Shown here in pieces: positions 51,435-61,158 of a stretch of DNA of 64,000 nt (the first letter of the stretch is position 1; each line of letters begins with the position of its first letter). The notes under the pieces are model-generated. The model worked only from the letters and a program-made list of their open reading frames with translations, made no database searches and had not been told where the DNA came from. Origin of the DNA: an uncultured Gemmatimonadales bacterium (GTDB lineage Bacteria > Gemmatimonadota > Gemmatimonadetes > Palauibacterales > Palauibacteraceae); the NCBI GenBank assembly GCA_963783385.1, contig CAWANJ010000007.1, positions 32,001-96,000 of the forward strand, given 5' to 3'. The position numbers were made by a program, and so were the translations under genes.

Positions 51435-53064
51435 GTGCCCCGACGACCGCTCGACCACCGCGCTCTCCGCTCGACCCTCCGCGCCGCGAGCCTCTCGCCT
51501 GCGGCGCTCATCCTGCCGGCCCTGATGGTCGCGGCCGGCCCCACGAGCTCTTCGCGCAGGGGGCCGGCACCTACACCTTCCGGATGCAGGTCGGCGGCCA
51601 GATGATGGGGACCGAGGTGGTCCACCGCAGCCCGGTTCGGGTCGAGGTCGACCTCGTGAGCCTCCTGGGCGCGGGCCGGATCCACTACGTCCTCACCGTC
51701 GCCCCGGGCGGCCGGGTCCCGGCTATGACGGCGGTCATCTACGGCGCCGCGGAGGACACGGCGCCGGCCGAGACCATCGATCTGCAGTTCGAGGACGACT
51801 CGGCCGTGGCGACCCTGTCGGGCCGGATGTCGAGGGTCGAGCGGCTGGCCACCCGGCCGGGCGCCATGCCCTACATCAACCCGTCGGCCGCCATGATCGA
51901 GCAGGCCCTCCGGCGGGCCAGGCATCCTGGGCGCGGCGCCGGGCAGGTAGACACCGTGCCCATGTTCGCCGTGCAGGGCGGGAGCACGCGCCCGCGCGGT
52001 GACCTGGGGCGGGCCGACTCGGCCGTGCTCGGCATGGGCGGGGTGGAGATGCGCGCCCACTTCTCCGCCGGGGGGGACGTGGAGTCCCTCGACATCCCGG
52101 TCCAGAACGTCCGCTTCGAGCGAGTCGAGGGCGCCCACCCGCTCCAGCCGGAGAAGATCGACTACGGGCCACCCGAGGGTGCGCCGTACGCGGCCGAGGA
52201 CGTGACGGTGCATACGCCGGCCGGCCTCGATCTCATGGGGACGCTCACCCTCCCGGACACGTCGGCCGGTCCCGTGTCGGCCGTGGTCACGATCACCGGC
52301 TCGGGCGCCGAGGACCGCGACGAGCGCATCCCCTTCGTCCACGGCTACCGGCCCTTCTGGCAGATCGCCGACACGCTGGGCCGGCGCGGCATCGCGACCC
52401 TGCGCCTGGACGACCGCGGCGTGAACGGCTCGAGCCCGGGCCCGACTCGGCCACCTCGGCCGACGACGCCGACGACATCCGGGCGGCGGTGGCGTGGCTG
52501 CGGGGCGGCCGGGGATCGACGGGAAGCGCATCGCGCTGGTGGGCCACAGCGAGGGCGGTCTCATCGCGCCGATGGTCGCGGCCACCGATCCGTCCCTGGC
52601 GGGCATCGTGCTCCTGGCCGGGCCGGCCTACACGGGGCGGCGCATCCTGGACTACCAGTACCGCAGCGGGATCGAGCGCGCGCCGGGCTTCTCGCCCGCC
52701 GAGCGCGACTCCGCCTGGCGAAGGTGCCGAGCCAGATCGCGGCGGGGGCGAAGCGGAGCGCCTGGCTCCGCTTCTTCTCTCCCACGACCCCGTGCCGACG
52801 GCCCGGACGGTCCGGGTTCCCGTCCTCATCCTGCAGGGGGAGACCGACCACCAGGTGACCCCGGAGCAGGCCGACACCCTGGCCGCGGCCTTCCGGGGGG
52901 GCGGCGACCCGGATGTCACGCTGGAGAAGTATCCGGACACCGATCACCTCTTCCTGGCGGACTCCTCCGGGATCCCGAGCGGCTACGCCGCGCTTCCCTC
53001 GCACGCCGTCCGTCCAGAGGTGCTGGGCACGATCGCGGACTGGCTGGCGGAGCACCTGAAGTGA
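51435..53064 (+). CDS. Secreted alpha/beta hydrolase with N-terminal beta domain; several frameshifts (near 51550, 52445, 52505, 52720-52770)
   Basis: GAGGAG RBS; ITGSGAEDRDE, DDRG, GHSEG nucleophile, QGETDHQV and DHLF spread across frames. Confidence 0.75.
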
Positions 53065-55202
53065 GGGGCGCCCGGGCGGTCCTGGCGGTCGCGGCACTCC
53101 TCGCGCTCCTGGCCGGGGCCTGCCGTCCCGCCGCATCGCCCTCCTCTCCGTCGTCCCTCTCCGGCGACTGGGACTGGTACCGGACCATGGGCGCCACGCC
53201 CACGGGCGGCTGGGAGGGCCGACGCCGCTTCGCCTTCGCCCACTTCGAGGGCCCCGAGGCGGCCGGTGCGTGGCTGAAGCGCCGCTCGGGCGAGACCATG
53301 GAGACGATCGACTCGGTGGCGGTCACCGGGGACTCGGTGGTCCTCGACTTCGCCCCGGAGGCGGGTGGGGAGACGGCGACCTTCCGCGGCGCCTGGACGC
53401 CCGCCGGCGCGGCGAGCGGCGCCGAGACGGACACCCTCGCCGGCTTCCTGTACCGGGGCGGGACGCCGACCGAGCGCGTGTGGTTCGTGCGGCGCTCCTC
53501 GCCGGCCGACTTCGAGCCCCCCATCCGGCTGTGGCCGGGGCCCCTGTCGGACTCGACCTACGACGTGACGATCGACCCGGCCGTCCCCATGCACGCCCGC
53601 GACGGGACGCTCCTCATGAGCTTCGTAGGCCGGCCGGTGGGGAAGGGCCCGTTCGGCGTCGTCATGGAGCGGACCCCGTACCTGCGCTGGGACACGGCGG
53701 CGGCCACCTTCTGGGCGTCGCGCGGCTACATCTACGTGAAGCAGGACGTCCGGGGGCGGGGCGGCTCGGGCGGAGTCCTCGACATGAACGACATGCAGAT
53801 GGAGGACGGCTACGACGCGGTCGAGTGGGCCGCCCGGCTGCCGGGCTCCAACGGCAGGGTCGGCATGGTCGGCCGCTCCAACCCCGGCCTGTACGCGTGG
53901 TACGCCGCCATCGCCGCTCCCCCGCACCTGGCCGCCATCGCGCCCCAGGTGGCCACGGCCGATCCCGTCCGTCTCGTTCCCTACATCGACATGGTGTTCT
54001 CGCCCACGATCGTCCCGTGGCTGTGCCTGACGAAGGTGAAGGACAGGCTGTCGGACATGAGCGACGTGGCCGAGGTGAAGGCGTTCCGGCACCTGCCGGT
54101 CATCGACGCCGACACCCTGGCCGGCTGCCCGCGCCGCCAGTTCTGGCTGGACTGGTTCGACCACCAGAGCCAGGACGCCTACTGGAAGCGGCTCGGGGTC
54201 GAGAACCACCTGGACCGTGTGAAGGTGCCCGTGCTGGGCATCGCCGGCTGGCACGATGACGCGCGCGGCACGATCCGGAACTACACGGTGATGAGCCATC
54301 ATCCGCACCACCCCTTCCTCCGGGTCGTGATGGACGCCGGCGCGCACAAGGGGATCGACTACGTGCACGGTCACTTCGGCCCGCGCGCCCGCATCCAGCC
54401 GCGCCTCCTGCAGCTGCGCTGGTTCGACCACTACCTGAAGGGGATCGACAACGGCGTGGACCGGGAGCCACCGCTCGACTTCTTCCTCATGGGGCCCAAC
54501 GTGTGGACGAAGGAGGAGGCGTGGCCGCTGGCGCGAACGAGGTGGACGCCCTTCTACCTGCACTCGGGCGGGAACGCCAACACCTCGGCGGGGGATGGGA
54601 CCCTGGACACGGTCCCGCCGCGACCCGGTGCGGGAGCGGGCGCCGCGGCCGACACCTTCACCTACGATCCGGGCGATCCCACCCCGTACCTGGTCGACGC
54701 GCGCGAGCTGGAGCTGTCGCTCAACGAGGACTACGCGGCCGTCGAGCGCCGACGCCGCGACATGCTCGTGTTCACCACGGCGCCTCTGCGGGACTCGCTC
54801 CGCATCGAGGGCCCGATGACCGCCACCCTGTGGGCGGCCACGGACCGGAGGGACACGGACTGGCACGTCATGATCCTGGACGTCCACCCGGACGGGAAGG
54901 CCATGCGGATCCAGGACGGCATCGTGCGGGCCCGGTTCCGGAACGGCTTCGACCGGCCCGAGCTCCTCACGCCGGGAAGGGTCGAGAAGTACGAGATCAA
55001 TGTGTGGTTCACGGCGATGGTGCTGCCGCCGGGACACCGGCTGCGGGTGACGGTGGAGTCGGCCGCGTTCCCGAAGTATGACCGGAACCTCAACACCGGC
55101 GGCGACAACGAGCGGGATACGACCTACGTGTCCGCCCACCAGCGCGTCCTGCACGACGCCGCGCACCCCTCGCACGTGACGTTGCCGGTGATCCCCGGGT
55201 GA
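53061..55202 (+). CDS. CocE/NonD (S15) family hydrolase, lipoprotein
   Basis: Lipobox LLAGAC; RTPY, QDVRGRGGS, DGYDAVEW, GRSNPG, GWHD; C-terminal PepX-like domain (FPKYDRNLNTG). Confidence 0.9.
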   Translation: MRGARAVLAVAALLALLAGACRPAASPSSPSSLSGDWDWYRTMGATPTGGWEGRRRFAFAHFEGPEAAGAWLKRRSGETMETIDSVAVTGDSVVLDFAPEAGGETATFRGAWTPAGAASGAETDTLAGFLYRGGTPTERVWFVRRSSPADFEPPIRLWPGPLSDSTYDVTIDPAVPMHARDGTLLMSFVGRPVGKGPFGVVMERTPYLRWDTAAATFWASRGYIYVKQDVRGRGGSGGVLDMNDMQMEDGYDAVEWAARLPGSNGRVGMVGRSNPGLYAWYAAIAAPPHLAAIAPQVATADPVRLVPYIDMVFSPTIVPWLCLTKVKDRLSDMSDVAEVKAFRHLPVIDADTLAGCPRRQFWLDWFDHQSQDAYWKRLGVENHLDRVKVPVLGIAGWHDDARGTIRNYTVMSHHPHHPFLRVVMDAGAHKGIDYVHGHFGPRARIQPRLLQLRWFDHYLKGIDNGVDREPPLDFFLMGPNVWTKEEAWPLARTRWTPFYLHSGGNANTSAGDGTLDTVPPRPGAGAGAAADTFTYDPGDPTPYLVDARELELSLNEDYAAVERRRRDMLVFTTAPLRDSLRIEGPMTATLWAATDRRDTDWHVMILDVHPDGKAMRIQDGIVRARFRNGFDRPELLTPGRVEKYEINVWFTAMVLPPGHRLRVTVESAAFPKYDRNLNTGGDNERDTTYVSAHQRVLHDAAHPSHVTLPVIPG

Positions 55203-55243
55203 GAGGGGCGGTAGAGAGGGGAGGCACCCTCTTTCGGGCACCA

Positions 55244-55301
55244 ATGGCCAGGATTGTCAGAGAATGTCCAACTTTGTCATTCCTTGACAAGGATGGACAT
55301 C
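55244..55301 (-). repeat. Phased TGNCA palindromic element, copy 5 (inverted relative to copies 1-4)
   Basis: Minus strand GATGTCCATCCTTGTCAAGGAATGACAAAGTTGGACATTCTCTGACAATCCTGGCCAT; motifs at 55245 to 55295 every 10 bp. Confidence 0.88.
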
Positions 55302-56205
55302 AGCTCCCGGAGGACCCCCGCGCTTCCCCCTCCTTCTCCCCCTCGCTCTCTCCCTCCCGGGCCTCCACATAGGCCGCCTCCAGCGCCCAGAACGCCGCCA
55401 GCGCGGCCTCCAGCCTTCGCTTGCGGAGATGGCGCGCGAGCCGGCGCAGGCTCCAGTGGCCCACGGCCGTCGGCACGGGAAAGGGGAACAGGCGCCCGCG
55501 GTCCAGGTCCACGAGGAGGGGGAAGGGAGCCGGCGGGGCCGCGGAGGGCTCGGCGGTCGGGTCCCGGACGAGGAAGTTGTCGACGTGCAGGTCGGGGTGC
55601 CATCCCCCGGCCGCGTGCAGGCCGGCCGCCGTGCGGCCGAGGGCGCGCATGAGGGAGGTCGCCGCGTCCGCCGCCACCCCCTCCGGCGTGGGGGCGGTCG
55701 CGTCCAGGCTCGCCAGCACCTCGCCGGCCGGCCGCGCGCCGTCCACGAAGCGGGTGATGAGCGCGGCCCGGTAGCCGGGCCCGAGCTCCTCCCGGACGCA
55801 GGCCAGCGGCTCGACCACCGGGACGCCCCGCCGGCGGAGCCGCTCGGTCACGACCAGCTCCCGCTCGCCCCGCCGGCCCAGCAGGTAGCGCCGCCGGCTG
55901 AAGCGCCGGGCCAGCCCGCCGCGCCGGTACGGCCGGACGACGGCCTCTCCCGGTGGCTCGGTGGGCACCACGGCCACGGGGCCCCGGCCCGAGTCGGTGT
56001 CCAGGAGCCGGGCGCCCCGCCCCTCGAGCCGCGTCACCAGCTCCCGGGGCTCGAGATCCGCGGCCTCCAGCAGCCCGGCCGCGTCGAAGGTGCCGGCGAA
56101 GTCGGTCCGCACGAGGGCGGAGCGGCGTCCCTCGCGGCGGACCACGAACCGGTCCGCGAGGTCGGCGGGGAGGGCGGAGGCGGGAGGGGCGTCGGCGCGT
56201 GCCAT
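55300..56205 (-). CDS. kdkA: Kdo kinase / LPS kinase (KdkA-like)
   Basis: SGRG, VVRPYRRGGL, ERE, GVPV..P, HPDLHVDNFL, LVDLDRG. Confidence 0.78.
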   Translation of the reverse strand: MARADAPPASALPADLADRFVVRREGRRSALVRTDFAGTFDAAGLLEAADLEPRELVTRLEGRGARLLDTDSGRGPVAVVPTEPPGEAVVRPYRRGGLARRFSRRRYLLGRRGERELVVTERLRRRGVPVVEPLACVREELGPGYRAALITRFVDGARPAGEVLASLDATAPTPEGVAADAATSLMRALGRTAAGLHAAGGWHPDLHVDNFLVRDPTAEPSAAPPAPFPLLVDLDRGRLFPFPVPTAVGHWSLRRLARHLRKRRLEAALAAFWALEAAYVEAREGESEGEKEGEARGSSGS

Positions 56206-56327
56206 GCCCCGAAGATGCCGCGCCCGCCGTCCATCCGCGATGCGGGGAGGCGCGCGCCGCGCCGTCTCGTCTCGCGCGGCGTCCCCGATTTGTACGGCCC
56301 GGGCCGGCGCGGTAGCTTTCCCGGCCC

Positions 56328-57206
56328 ATGATCCCCCCTCTGTCCGGATTCTCGATCGTCAAGAACGCCAGCCTCCAGGAGTACCCCGTCGAGGTGGCAC
56401 TCCGGTCGGCGCTCCCGCTTGTCGAGGAGCTCGTCGTGGACGTGGGGGTGTCCGAGGACGATACGCTGGATCGCGTGCGGTGCTGGGCGGAGGCGGAGGG
56501 TGCGGGGCGGGTCCGGGTCCTGGAGCGCGACTGGGGTGCGGAGCGGGGCCGGTCCACGGTCGTCCACTCCGAGGAGACCAACGCAGCCATGGCGGAGTGC
56601 CGGAACGACTGGGTCCTGTACATCCAGGCCGACGAGGTGCTGCACGCGGAGGACTACGAGGCCTTCCGCGAGGCGCTCGGCGCGGCGGACCGCGACCCCC
56701 GGGCCGAGGGGCTGCTGTTCGACTATCTGCACTTCTACGGCTCGCCGGACTGGGTCCTGTGGGGCCGACGCTCCTACCGGCGAGAGGTACGGGTGGTGCG
56801 GCGCTCGAGCGGGATCCGCTCGGTGAGCGGCGCGCAGGGCTTCATGGTCGGGGACCGCAAGCCGCGCGTCCTGCCGGCACGGGCGCGGATGTTCCACTAC
56901 GGCTACGTGAAGAGCCTCCGGGCGCTGACCGAGAAGCGCAAGCTGGGCGCGCGCTACGCGGGGAGGGACGACTCGGCGGTGGACCCGTTCCGCTGGCGCC
57001 GGCACGGCGGGCTCGTCCGCTTCGAGGGCACCCACCCCCCGGCGGCGCGCGCCTGGATCGCCTCGGAGGCGTGGCCCTTCGACCCGGAGGCCTCGCCGCG
57101 CCCGGAGCTCACGCCATACGAGCTCAAGGTGCGCGTGTCGGACGCTATCGAGCGCCTCACGGGGCGGCGGCCGTTCGAGCACCGGAACTACATCCTGCTG
57201 GAGTAG
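56328..57206 (+). CDS. Glycosyltransferase family 2-like
   Basis: SGFSIVKNA..YP, SEDDT, YIQADEV, YLHFYGS, FHYGYVK. Confidence 0.85.
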   Translation: MIPPLSGFSIVKNASLQEYPVEVALRSALPLVEELVVDVGVSEDDTLDRVRCWAEAEGAGRVRVLERDWGAERGRSTVVHSEETNAAMAECRNDWVLYIQADEVLHAEDYEAFREALGAADRDPRAEGLLFDYLHFYGSPDWVLWGRRSYRREVRVVRRSSGIRSVSGAQGFMVGDRKPRVLPARARMFHYGYVKSLRALTEKRKLGARYAGRDDSAVDPFRWRRHGGLVRFEGTHPPAARAWIASEAWPFDPEASPRPELTPYELKVRVSDAIERLTGRRPFEHRNYILLE

Positions 57207-57227
57207 AGAGGTGAGGGCGGGCGTCCG

Positions 57228-58178
57228 GTGAGGATCGGCCTGTGGTTCCACTCGACCGTGCCGGTGCGCCGCTACGGCGGGACGCAGCGGGTGGTGGTGT
57301 GGCTCGCCGACGCCCTGGCCGAGCTGGGACACGAGCCCGTGCTCCTCACCCCGCCGGGCTCCCGGTCGCGGACGGCGGAGGTCGTGGCCCTCCCCCGGAA
57401 GGTGATGCGCCGGGCCGAGGCCGAGCCCGGGTTCGAGCTGGACGCGCACCTGCCGCCGGGCCTCGACGTGATCCACTTCCACTCGGTGGCGGCCGCGCGC
57501 ACGGGCCTCCCGCGTCTCACCACCATCCACGGGAACGGGGAGCCGGGCTCCTTCGGGCCCGACGCGGTGTTCGTCTCCCGCGACCACATGGAGCGCATGG
57601 GCGGCAGCCGCTACGTCCTCCACGGTCTCTCCCCGGACGACTACACCTTCCGGGAGAGGAAGGAGGAGTGGCTCCTGTTCCTGGCCAAGGTGCGATGGAA
57701 GGTGAAGGGGGTGGACCGCGCCGAGCGGGTGGCGCGGGCGGCCGGCGTTTCGCTGGTGATCGCCGGGGGGTGGCGCCCACACCCGTTCGAGCGGAGCATC
57801 CGGTCGGTGGGCATGGTGGGCGGCGAGCGCAAGCGGGAGCTGCTGGCGGACGCGCGGGCGCTCCTGTTCCCGGTGCGCTGGGACGAGCCGTTCGGGCTGG
57901 CGGTGATCGAGGCCCTCGCCTCCGGGACGCCCGTCCTGGCCAGCCGGCGCGGCTCCCTGCCCGAGCTGGTGAGCCCGGAGACCGGCTTCCTGTGCGCGAG
58001 CGAGGAGGAGTTCGTGGAGGCGGTAGCCGAGCTGGACCGCATCGAGCCGGGGGCGTGCCGTGCCCGGGTGGAGGAGCGCTTCACGGCGCGCCGCATGGCC
58101 GAGGACTACCTGCGGCTGTACCGCGAGGCCGCGGGAGGTGGCCTCGGGCCGGAGGAGAGCGCCGGAGGCGGCGCGTGA
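57228..58178 (+). CDS. Glycosyltransferase family 4
   Basis: PVRRYGGTQRVV, WDEPFGLAVIEALASGTPV. Confidence 0.92.
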   Translation: MRIGLWFHSTVPVRRYGGTQRVVVWLADALAELGHEPVLLTPPGSRSRTAEVVALPRKVMRRAEAEPGFELDAHLPPGLDVIHFHSVAAARTGLPRLTTIHGNGEPGSFGPDAVFVSRDHMERMGGSRYVLHGLSPDDYTFRERKEEWLLFLAKVRWKVKGVDRAERVARAAGVSLVIAGGWRPHPFERSIRSVGMVGGERKRELLADARALLFPVRWDEPFGLAVIEALASGTPVLASRRGSLPELVSPETGFLCASEEEFVEAVAELDRIEPGACRARVEERFTARRMAEDYLRLYREAAGGGLGPEESAGGGA

Positions 58179-58957
58179 GCGGGCGCGCGGGCTCGACGGG
58201 CGTGTCCGTGGCGATGATCGCCACGGACGAGGAGGACCGGATCGACCGGGCCCTGGCCTCGGTGGCGTGGGCCGACCAGGTGGTGCTGGTCGACGGCGGG
58301 AGCTCCGACCGCACCCCGGAGATCGCACGAGAGGCCGGCGCCCGCGTGCTCGGCACGGATCCGCCGTGGCCTGGCTACGCCGCTCAGCGCCGCCGCGCCA
58401 TCGAGGCCGCGGCCGGCCCCTGGATTCTGGTCCTCGACGCCGACGAGGAGGTCACCCCGGAGTTCGCCCGGGAGATCCGGGATGTGGTCGGCACCCCGGC
58501 CGGCGGCCCCGCCGGCTACGAGATCACCTTCCACACCCGATACCTGGACCACTGGTTCGGGCGCCGGGGCTGGTACCGGGAGCGGCACCTGAGGCTGGCG
58601 CGCAAGGACGCGCTCCGGGTGACCGAGCGGCGCGTGCACGAGGGGCTCGAGGTGGCGGGCCCGGTCGGGCGGCTGCGGGGCCCGATCCGCCACTACAGCT
58701 ACCGGAGCGTCGCCCACCACCAGGCCAAGATGGCCGAGTACGCCCGGCTCAAGGCGAGGGACCTCCGCGAGCGCGGCCGGCGCGGCACCCCGGCCTCGGC
58801 CTGCGCGCACGCTCTCGGCCGCCTGTTCGGCGGCTACCTGCTCCAGGGCCGCTTCCTGGACGGCTGGGCCGGCCTCGCCCACGAGCTCCTGGCCGCGGAG
58901 GCCAGCCTGCTGGCCTACCTGGAGCTGTGGGAGCTGGGGCGGGGCGAGGATGCCTGA
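58175..58957 (+). CDS. Glycosyltransferase family 2 (WaaE/KdtX-like LPS glucosyltransferase)
   Basis: VDGGSSDRT, WILVLDADE, VHE, HYSY, FLDGWAG. Confidence 0.88.
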   Translation: MSGRAGSTGVSVAMIATDEEDRIDRALASVAWADQVVLVDGGSSDRTPEIAREAGARVLGTDPPWPGYAAQRRRAIEAAAGPWILVLDADEEVTPEFAREIRDVVGTPAGGPAGYEITFHTRYLDHWFGRRGWYRERHLRLARKDALRVTERRVHEGLEVAGPVGRLRGPIRHYSYRSVAHHQAKMAEYARLKARDLRERGRRGTPASACAHALGRLFGGYLLQGRFLDGWAGLAHELLAAEASLLAYLELWELGRGEDA

Positions 58958-60113
58958 CCTCCCGACCGTCCTCCACGTGGATGCGGCGCGGGAGTGGCGC
59001 GGCGGCCAGAACCAGGCGCGCCTCCTCGTCTCCGAGCTGGCCCGCCGCGGACTGGAGCAGGCGCTGGCCGCCCGGCCGGATTCCCGACTGGCCGCGGAGG
59101 TGGATGCGCTGGGCGTCCGGGTCGTCCCCCTCCGGTGGCGTACGGGGCTCGATCCGGCCGCCGTGGTCGGCCTCGCGCGGGAGCTCGGGGCCGGTGGCTG
59201 GGACGTCGTGCACGCACACAGCTCCCACGCCCTGCAGACCTCCCTGCTCGCCCTGGCGCTGGCGGGCGGTCGTTCCGCGCTGGTCGGGTCCAGGCGGCTG
59301 GACTTCCCGCTGCGCTCGCCGGCCGTGTGGAGGCGGGCGGACGTGGTGCTGGCCGTGTCCTGGGCCGTCCGCGACGTGCTGGTGACCGGGGGGCTCGAGC
59401 CGGCCCGGGTGCGCGTCGTCCACGACGGGGTGGACCTCCGGGAGACGAAGCCCCGCCCCGTCCCGGGTCCGGATGCCCGTTCCGGGTCCGGCGCTCCCGG
59501 GCGCCTGCGCCGGGCGGCGGGCGCCGGGCCCGGCGACCTCCTGGTGGGGACGGCCGGGGCGCTGGTCGGCCACAAGGACCACGCCACCCTCCTCCAGGCC
59601 GCCGCCGAGGTGGTGCACGCGCGCCCGGAAGCGCGCTTCGTGGTGGCCGGCGAAGGGCCGCTGCGCCCGGAGCTGGAGCGACTGGCGGAGACGCTCGGTC
59701 TGGGGCCGCGGGTGTCGCTTCCAGGGCACCTGCCCGACGTGGCCGGCTCCCTGGCCGAGCTCGACCTGTTCGTCCTCTCCTCCAGCGGCGAGGGGCTCGG
59801 CTCGGCCTCGCTCGAGGCGCTGGCCGCGGGCGTCCCGGTCGTGCTGACCCGGGCCGGCGGCCTGGTGGACGTGGCCGGGGATGTCCTCCCCTCGGTTCCG
59901 CCCGGCGACTCGGCCGCCCTGGCTGCCGCGATCCTCCGGCTCCTGGCCGATCCGGAGGCTCGCGCCCGGGTCGCTCGGGCCGGCCGGGAACGGGTACGGG
60001 CGTTTTCGGCCGCGGCCATGGCCGAGCGAACGCTGGACGCCTACCGGGCGGTGGCGCTTCGGCGGCGGGAGGAGGCCCTGGTGGCTCGCGCCTACCGCCG
60101 CGCCGAGCCGTGA
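58950..60113 (+). CDS. Glycosyltransferase family 4
   Basis: WRGGQNQ, HAHSSH, SRRLDFP, HKDH, EGLGSASLEALA. Confidence 0.92.
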   Translation: MPDLPTVLHVDAAREWRGGQNQARLLVSELARRGLEQALAARPDSRLAAEVDALGVRVVPLRWRTGLDPAAVVGLARELGAGGWDVVHAHSSHALQTSLLALALAGGRSALVGSRRLDFPLRSPAVWRRADVVLAVSWAVRDVLVTGGLEPARVRVVHDGVDLRETKPRPVPGPDARSGSGAPGRLRRAAGAGPGDLLVGTAGALVGHKDHATLLQAAAEVVHARPEARFVVAGEGPLRPELERLAETLGLGPRVSLPGHLPDVAGSLAELDLFVLSSSGEGLGSASLEALAAGVPVVLTRAGGLVDVAGDVLPSVPPGDSAALAAAILRLLADPEARARVARAGRERVRAFSAAAMAERTLDAYRAVALRRREEALVARAYRRAEP

Positions 60114-61048
60114 GCGGGGCGCGGGGTCGGCTCGAGTACCTGGGCGCGAGGGCGCTCGAGGCCGGATTCTCGGCCCTTCCGCCGCGCGCGGGAGAGGCGG
60201 TGGGCGTCGCGCTCGGCGCCGCGGCCCGCGCGGCGGGCGTGCGCGCGGAGGTGGTGCGGCCGCAGATCGCCGCCGCGTTTCCGGGACGTGACGCCGCCTG
60301 GGTGGAGGAGACCGCGTCGGCCTGCTACCGTCACTTCGGCCGGGAGGCGGCCGCGCTCGCCCGCATGTCACGCCTGGATCCCGCGCGCCTGGTGACGGGC
60401 ACGCGGGGCGTCGAGGTCCTGCGCGGGGCGCTGGCGGGAGCCGGAAGCCCCGGAGGCGGACGGATCATCGTGACCGGCCACCTGGGCAACTGGGAGCTGG
60501 GGGGGGCGCTGCTGGCCGGGCTCGGGCTCCCCGTGCTGGCGGTGGTGAAGCGTCAGGCCAACCGGCGCTTCGACCGGCGGCTGGAGGGGCTGCGGCGCCG
60601 GCTGGGGATCGAGACGGTGACCATGGCGCGGGCGGGGCACAGGATCCCGGAGGCTGTGGCCGGGGGCGCGGTCGTGGCTCTGGTGGCGGACCAGGACGCG
60701 GGGAGCCGCGGCGTGTTCGTGCCCTTCCTGGGCCGGCCGGCGTCCACGTTTCGCGGCCCGGCGTACCTGTCCCTGCGGACGGGTGCGCCGCTGATGTTCG
60801 GGTTCGTGGTCCGCGACGGAGAGGGCTACCGCACGGAGATCGAGGAGGTGGCGCACGCCGGGGCGCCCGACGCCGAGGCGGTCGCCGGGGACGCCGTCGC
60901 CGCCGAGGCGGAGCTCACCCGCCGCTGGGTGGGCCGCCTCGAGGCCGCGGTGCGCCGCTGGCCGGGCCAGTACTTCTGGTTCCACCGGCGCTGGAAGACG
61001 CGCCCTCCGGGCGAGCGCAGGGCCGACGGCGCGCCGGGCGAGCGCTGA
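60110..61048 (+). CDS. lpxL: Lipid A late acyltransferase (LpxL/HtrB family)
   Basis: TGHLGNWE (HX4E), LVADQ, VPFLG, PGQYFWFHRRWK. Confidence 0.85.
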   Translation: MSGARGRLEYLGARALEAGFSALPPRAGEAVGVALGAAARAAGVRAEVVRPQIAAAFPGRDAAWVEETASACYRHFGREAAALARMSRLDPARLVTGTRGVEVLRGALAGAGSPGGGRIIVTGHLGNWELGGALLAGLGLPVLAVVKRQANRRFDRRLEGLRRRLGIETVTMARAGHRIPEAVAGGAVVALVADQDAGSRGVFVPFLGRPASTFRGPAYLSLRTGAPLMFGFVVRDGEGYRTEIEEVAHAGAPDAEAVAGDAVAAEAELTRRWVGRLEAAVRRWPGQYFWFHRRWKTRPPGERRADGAPGER

Positions 61049-61158
61049 CCGGCACGGAGGGAGGCGGCGAGGGTACGCAGGATTGCGGGACGTGCTGGGG
61101 GGCCGGGCCTCGTCGGGCCGCGGCCCACGACGGGCGATGTAACGAAGACGAGGTCACC

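Noticed and set aside
55207-55215. GGCGGTAG ops-like sequence
   Set aside because: It lies at the 3' end of a hydrolase gene between convergent genes, not in the leader of a polysaccharide operon.
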